Below, in pieces: positions 56,628 to 64,000 of a stretch of 64,000 nucleotides of DNA. The notes beneath the pieces are model-generated. The model was not told the DNA's origin. It ran no database searches and saw nothing but the letters and a program-made list of their open reading frames with translations. This DNA comes from the human T2T-CHM13v2.0 reference genome, Homo sapiens, in NCBI RefSeq assembly GCF_009914755.1, contig NC_060925.1, one strand, 5' to 3'. Position numbers and translations under genes: made by a program. Each line of letters begins with the position of its first letter. Positions within the stretch are counted from its first letter, which is position 1.

Positions 56628-59600
56628 AAGAGCCAGGGAGAATGTGAAGCTTGCCTTCTCTCAAAGATCATGGCAGCTCAAGTCTTGCCTGCCCTGGTTT
56701 CTCTCAAATGCCTTTAATCAGTTAGGTATTTTGTCCAGCTTTTACAGTTGTTTGAGCAGGTAGGAGTTAGTCTGATACAAGCTACTCTGTCATGACTAGA
56801 ACCACAATGGTAGTTTTAGTTGCTGGTTTCAATCAAATGTTTGGCCATCTGGAAGGTGTCTGAGTTGTGACATCATGGTGCAGTTTGGCACTTGAACCTC
56901 TAAGCAAATGTTTGCCTCTCAGGCTTTTTCTCAGCTCTCATTCCATCACCAACAATCAAATGCTTACAGGGAAAATGAGAGTGAGCCTTTGTCTCGGTTG
57001 ATGACCCATACGTGGCCGGGCTCACCAGGACACACCTGTAAAGTGGTCAGATTGCACTTTCTTGTGGAAGCCAGTGCTAACACTCACTGTGTTCCCCCAC
57101 ATAACCACTCCTCTCACTTATCAGCGTCCTCTCCATTAGGATCCACTCTGCCTGGTGCACACATTGACTCTTGGTTACCTTTGATTCCTCCCAGTTCCCT
57201 CCCATCTCATCAGCTGTCTGGGCCTGAGAGGTTTTCTACCAGTGTTTCCTCTCCCTTGTTTCAGCTTTACTGTGGCTCATCAGTGCAACTGTAACACCGA
57301 AGACCCAGCAGACCCCTGCTTCCTCCCTCTCCTGCACATGAAAGCCCCAGATGTCAGCCTCAACACGCATCCCTCATTAAATCCTCCAATCCTTCTCTGT
57401 TGCTGCCTGAATAAAGTGCAGGTTCCTTGGCCTGGTGTTCAAGGCCTCCTTCCCAAGGCACCCCAGCTTGCCTTTCTTACCTATTTCCCACGTCCCTCCG
57501 ACCCAGCCTTACAGTCGATTGCCCCACCTAAAACAAACCATTCCCTGTTTTCTTAACACGCCTTACACTTTCTCACCCTTTGCCTCTGCCCATGCTGTGC
57601 CCACCTTCTGGAAATCCCTGACCCCGTCTCTTCCCTGTCCTTCAATGTGGCTTTTCCCACAAATCTCTTACTCAGCTCATTTAAATGTGGTGTTGTTATT
57701 CACCCATCATTAAGCCACTGTAACACTGAATATCTATCTTTCTAATGCCAGTCTACCTTGCATTAAAATCATTATCATAGGGTGGGAACAATGTCATCCC
57801 CCACACCCCATAACCTATGCCAACCCAACACAGGGCCTTATGCATAGCAGCTTCACAATGAACATTAGATGACCGGATTGGTAGAATAGAAACAATGGCT
57901 TAAGCATACCCCCTCATCTCTGCAGTCCTGGCGACATGCACACATTTAAGGATGGACCCTAGAGTCCATGGAGGGGTGTATTTTATTGGGAGGTTGTAAT
58001 AGGTGGGAGACTTGGCAGAATTTAACTTGGGAAACCAGAATTCACATCTTAGCAGATCTAAGTAGAATAGAATGATTCAGGCCCTTGACCCTTCCAACTG
58101 GCCACCACCACTACACGGTACAGAATTCCAGATGGTTCCTTAAAGGGTTTTCAGTGGCCCTTGTCCATATTACCCATGTGTCCCTCATGTCTGCCCCTCC
58201 TTTGTGGGAAGAGTCCAGGAGGCCCTGGGAGACAGGTCCACCTCCACTTACCCACACTTAGTTTCTGGCTCTGCAAAACAGACAGGCACAACCCCTCCCT
58301 GTACCCAGTTCCACACGCCCACCTGTTGTCCTGTCGCATGTTAATAAAACCATGTCTTTTTTAATACCCCAGCCATCACTTCCAGACTCAGCTCTAATTA
58401 TTTTAACCACCACAAAACCCTCTTCAACAAAAGAGCAAACCAATTAATTTTCCCTTATCTGAGGTGAGGTCATTATGGATTCCTCCAGGAAAGACAAGCT
58501 CTGGGTATTGGGAAAGAAAAGGGATTTTAGGACTCCATTGTCATGTCTAATCCTCCTGCTCAAATGAAGCTTGTTTTCTTGTCCAACAAACAGGTATTTA
58601 CTTGGAACTTAAAGTCATTTGAGCACAGGGTCCTCCGGCAGAATTGCAATGGTGATAATTATTCAACTGCACTTCTGTGTAATTTACTGCTCTGTGCAGC
58701 GCGTGCATGCAGGCAGGCCCAGAATGCAAATGATATGATTGCTTTCATTAAATCATCTTTTTATGACTGTATAATTTCAGTAATTAAAACCTTTACTAAT
58801 ATATTCTATGAAGCAGGCAGAATGTTACACTAATGTATGGCCCTTATTAATTTTTGAAAAACAGGGGTGAAATTTGAATAATCTGCTTCCTCACACTTAA
58901 GAGCTCTGGAAAGAAAAAAAATACAATTTTGATTAATGTAAACTAATTAGCATTCATTGTTTTTTATTCCCTCTTCCTTACCTGAAAAGTCACTGCAGAG
59001 GGTATTAGCATTGCCTATTGCATATTTCAAATCTTATCTTATTTCTGGCATACCTTTGGGTTTTTTGCCAAAAAAGAACGAGGGAGTTTGTAGGTCTTTA
59101 ATCACTGCAGTTACAGAGTGAGAAATTGAACATCATCTGCTACTCTCATGGTACAAAGGGCTCGGCAAGTTCTCTAGTGTGGCTCAGCAGACATGACTAT
59201 AGGCCTCAGAGAGTTCTAGGAGCTCTTGTTTTCCCCCAGCAAAACCTTCCTATCTCCTAAGGAATGTTGGCTGTGCTTGATTTTTTAACATACCTGTGGG
59301 CACAGGATCACGTGCATGCCTGTGCACACACAGGCTCAACCAAACACAGAGCTTCTCCTTGGTTGCTGTTACTGAAAGATTAGTAGGAACTAAAATTTGG
59401 AATACAAATAGTTCCAATTAGATCTCAAAGCAAGCTTCATGCCCTGTGTTCATCTTCCCCATAGCCAGGTCAAATGTTCATGCTTTATAGTAGCAGCTTC
59501 AAAAAGCACACTGGGATGTACAATGGCTGAATTTAATTTAAGTCTTAGTTTAAGAAATAGCTCCTCTATCTGTAATGCATGTACTAGTGTCCCTTCTGAA

Positions 59601-59799
59601 AAAGGATAATTTCCAATATGGAACTCAAATTTCATTACAAGAAACTCCAAAGGGGATAGTCTTCTGTTTGCAACAAACATTTAAGTAAGCAAGTAATTAG
59701 CTAGTTTGCACATCCAGGTATTAGTCAGAAATAGGTATTTTTGACATCCAGATTTTGTTATACTGGTGTGTGCTGCAATTCAGTACCTATCATCGCTAA

Positions 59800-60217
<418 letters not shown>

Positions 60218-60499
60218 AAAGTCCATTATTCTAAGACCTCTATGATCTGGCTGCAAACCTACCTGTCTTGGCATTATCTTCGCTGCTCGCCAGCATTTGC
60301 TCTTGGGTCTGCTTGCTGCTTCTGATACACACGTTGTACTTAACCACCTCTGCTGCTCTTGGCGCTCTCTCCTCCTATTAAAAGGCCTTGTTCCCTGGTC
60401 TCTGCATGTCTAAATCATCTCCTCCTTAAGACCCAGCACAAATGTCTTCTCCTCTTTGAGGCCTTACCATTGTTATCTATGTATTTATGTCTGTGTCTC

Positions 60500-61245
60500 A
60501 CAGGTACTGGGTGCATGGGAAATAAAAGTTGTCTTATTATGCAAATTTTGACTGAGGAACTGACCCCTAATAAAATTAGTCCCACTTGACCCTGGTTAAC
60601 ACCAGCACTCGCCCTACTCAGCCTCTGCTGATCAGTTTTTCCCTGATGGACGGCTGCCACAGACAGCTACAGTATAATGCACAATACAATGCAAATTGAT
60701 TGCATAGTTCAATGATGGATCTTGGGAAAGATAAGGAATTTCATGAAGTCAATAAAAGTGACGTTGATCTCATGATAAGTCACTGACACATAATAGTTGA
60801 AGAAGAGATTATCAAAGAGGATGATAACTCTGAGTTTTAGAAAACAGTGAATTGAATACCAAACAATTAGGAGAGGCTCTTGAAAAATGAATAAAGCCTT
60901 CAAGTATTTTTGGGGAAAAGACAGCCCTTTTGATCAATCTGTGAAAGTCAAAAGTGAGGTGAAGAAGGTTGTCTTATGCGAAACTTACACAGTTTTGACT
61001 GACAGTTATGAAAAAAAATCTCTAATCAACCCTGGATTCAGTTTTCATTCATTCTAAAAATGGGTGAAAATGTGTAATTATAACTTAATTTGTGTTAAAT
61101 CAAAAATAGAATAATCTTATTCATAGTTTTTACTTTATCAAGACAAAGTCCCAATCAAAGTGTTGTCATGCCATTTGCTAGTAAATGCCACCATTTTCAT
61201 GAGCTTTTCTTATCACCAATTATCCTTGGATAACAAGGACCTCTG
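60500..61245 (+). mobile_element. Old TcMar-Tigger relic (Tigger15a-like)
   Basis: GAATTTCATGAAGTCAATAAAAGTGACGTTG and TGTGAAAGTCAAAAGTGAGGTGAAG resemble Tigger C-terminal coding relics; terminal GGATAACAAGGACCTCTG. Confidence 0.5.
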
Positions 61246-61374
61246 ATGACATCTCTTCTCTCTCTGAGTAACCTTTCATCTTTATCTGCACCTCTCATCT
61301 ATGCACTTATATCAGTGATTTATGAACCAGTATCATCTCCTCACCAGGCTGAGGCAAGACCTGTGCTTTATTAA

Positions 61375-61625
61375 TTGGAAGCTAAGAGGGGCCTTTGGTG
61401 TCAGGCTGCCTACAATGAAGACTCAGCTCCACCTCCTTCAGGCTGTGTGACCTTGGACAAGTTCCTTGCCCTTTCTGTTCCTCATTTATAAAATGGGGAC
61501 AATACAAATATATACCTTATGAGGTTCTTTTAAAGACTAAATTATATAATAGACATAAAAGTGCTTGAAAAATGTCTAGCATATGTTACTTTCTCAATAA
61601 ATACCAACTATCTTTAATTTTATTA
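61375..61625 (+). mobile_element. MIR SINE
   Basis: GCTGTGTGACCTTGGACAAGTT...TTTATAAAATGGGGACAATA...CTCAATAAATA. Confidence 0.75.
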
Positions 61626-63889
61626 TTTCCATCCCCTGAAATGCCTGGAGGGAAACAACTTTTACCAATTCCTAAAGGTTTCTCTCACATGGAAACGTAA
61701 GACTCCTATCATTGTCTTCTGCCCTGCAATTTGCTTAACCGTAGGCAGGAAATGTGATTTTATTTGATTAGTGATTTGGGGAAGAACAAACTGTGCATAC
61801 TTGCCTGGGCCCAGCTCCTTCCTTTTTCCTCCTGGGAGTCAGGGGCTCACTGATACATCACTGGCTTTGCTTTTGGGAGGGGGCCTGGGGACACCCAGCA
61901 CCTTCTGCAACTAGGTATGTTTGATAAGCCCATTTGCTCTTGCTACAAGATACATCTTTCAACCAAGATTTGATCAGTAATAATGGTCATATTTTGGTCT
62001 CCATCAGCCTTGCCATTGTTCATCTTATTTTTCAATTAGTTCAGAACTGGAATGCAGAAAAAAATGTTGTTTATGGTGGGGCAGAGTCTCTCTAAGATTC
62101 GTGGCTGGTATTTCAGTTACTGTTTGCCGGATAAATGAATAAATACAGGCATACATTCTAGATTCCAGTTTTGCTTCTCAAAACATTATTTTTCTGATAA
62201 GAAGGACTGCAAGATAGCAAGCAAAACTTTTATTGTGTTTAGGTCCAATAAGTCCTATTAAAGGATTAGTAGAACATCTATCAAACATGCTTCTGTGTGC
62301 AACTGAGGATCACCCAAAGGGAAAAATAATAATATTGAAAATACAGTAGCTGGTTCCTAAGTCTCTTTTCCAATTGTCATTTCAACTCAAAGACCTAGAG
62401 ATGCCAGCTCCCCATCTGTTGCCTCAAGGATGCCAGCTCTGAGCATACAATATGCTTCAGATCTGACATTTTCTGGCCAAAAATCTGCTTCATGAATAAA
62501 GAGACCAGTGAAACGGTCAGCCCCTGCTTGTGGTTTGATCATTATTGACATTTTATGTTTATAAAACTTCTTTCTCTCATTGGAACTAGCTCTGTTTCTC
62601 TCTCAGACACTGCATTATTCCTTCTACATGATCCTCACCCAGCCTGGTGCTCCTCATTGCCCACTGTCCCCCATACCAGGCTCCTGACACCCTAAAGCCA
62701 AGGCCAGAAAGAGCCCCCAGCCTCCACTCCTGGTGCTGCTCTGAGCACCTGTCCTTCTGGTTGTTGGCAGGCTGTGGCGGGGGTGCCACCTCTCCAGGTT
62801 GCCTTTCTCAGATTCCTTCTGGTCTGCTGGCCCCTTCCAGGCTGACTTCTGACAGCACCCTTTACAAACCAGCCCAGCCCACATCTGAGCTCTGTGCCTG
62901 GCCTGCCTGGCCCACTGCTGACCCTGGTCACCAGACTCCTAATGCCTCAGCCAGTCCTGTCTGTCTTCTCTGGCTATGCATTGCCAGAGACGCCTGGCCC
63001 TGGGGCTTATTGTCCTCTTGTCCTGCCTAGTGCCCCTTACTCCCCAGGGACACCCATGCCCACCAATAGCCTCCTATACAGCAAGCTCTCTCCCTAGTGA
63101 GATGGTCTTCCGGGTCCAGTGGTGCCTCATGGAAGGATCATTTTGTCCCTCTGATCATCCTACCACCAGCCTTCTCCAGCTCATCCTTAGGTGTGTAAGA
63201 GAATGATCTGTTTCAGCCTCGCTTTGTCCCTGGCCTGTGCTCAGCTGCACTGCCCCCGTCAGGAGCCCACCCTGAGCAGGTCAGGGAGTGTTAACAACCT
63301 CATCCCCCCATGATCAGTGGGCTCCAGCATCCGTCTTGTTCTCCAGGCTCCAGTTCTGAGCTGTGAGTGCTTCCTGAGTCAGGCCTCCCCGTCCCTACTT
63401 CCCGTGTGGGCCTCGTCTAGGGATTACAGGTAAGTGCTCTATCTTATGCCAACCCCTATCTGCTGGTAGTGGCTGCCTAGACTGTAATGTTCAGACTGTT
63501 CCTGGGATGATCAGGAAAGAATGAAATGATCAATTAGTGATGTCTACTGTGGCAGCAGCAGTGGAGAGGGTCTATATGTGGAGTGTTTGTCATCCATTTG
63601 ACATAGCTTCTACCTCAGTTTCCCTAAGTAGCTCATATCCTCTTCTGATTCTTAAAGTCCAGCCTGATCTCTAGCCCACCTCACTGGAGCCCCAGTCCCT
63701 TCCATCTGTCCTGGGGAAGTGACCTAAGTGCCTGTCCCTCCCACCCCTGGCTAGGCCCCTGCCCTCAGGGGACTGATCTTGGAACCATGTCACAGTCACT
63801 GTGTGCCCACCCTCAAGTATTCTGGCATGTTCCTCCCCCCTACCACCATGTCCCACTGCAAAACTTGACACTGATTCAAAACCATATCT

Positions 63890-64000
63890 GGATACCACTT
63901 TATACCATTCAGAGGGTGAGAATCAAAAAGTCAGATAATAACCTACGTTGTCGGGGATGTGGAGAAATCAGAACTTTCATGCTCTTCTGGTGAAATATAC
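63890..64000 (+). mobile_element. L1M fragment (runs off the window)
   Basis: GATACCACTTTATACC...AAAAAGTCAGATAATAAC...GGGGATGTGGAGAAATCAGAAC. Confidence 0.7.

Larger units (their letters stand above)
53525..56800 (-). mobile_element. Old L1 (L1ME-like) fragments hosting a younger L1 3' end and an AluJ
   Basis: Reverse L1ME 3'UTR from 53525, ORF2-like sequence ~54770-55790 and L1ME 5'-type sequence ~55790-56800. Confidence 0.65.

Noticed and set aside
62900-63880. Possible old LTR or other repeat relic
   Set aside because: Composition is suggestive, but I could not match it to a family with confidence.

Overview
Repeat-rich, GC-moderate primate (hominoid, most likely human) genomic DNA. Evidence: AluJ/S/Y elements, a full-length L1PA3-type LINE-1, older L1M/L2/MIR relics, MaLR/ERV solo LTRs and DNA-transposon fossils. 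No host protein-coding exon, RNA gene or CpG-island promoter can be supported, so it looks intergenic or deep intronic. The only real protein homologies are broken L1 ORF1/ORF2, an open antisense L1 ORF0, and a decayed hAT/Charlie transposase that is split by the L1 but can be reassembled in frame. Most notable observations: (1) a 51-nt double-hairpin sequence retroposed on its own with an A-tail and TSD (29862-30003); (2) an Alu that carries ~70 bp of the unique 5' flank of another Alu 2.6 kb away; (3) a nested Charlie>L1MB>L1PA3 structure; (4) an L1PA3 lacking the 129-bp ZNF93 site; (5) a fold-back inversion inside an AluJ; (6) a 43-bp mini-MADE1; (7) several repeat-free, motif-dense stretches that may be enhancers. 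Subfamily names come from recalled consensus sequences, not a RepeatMasker run, and boundaries of old repeats are approximate.
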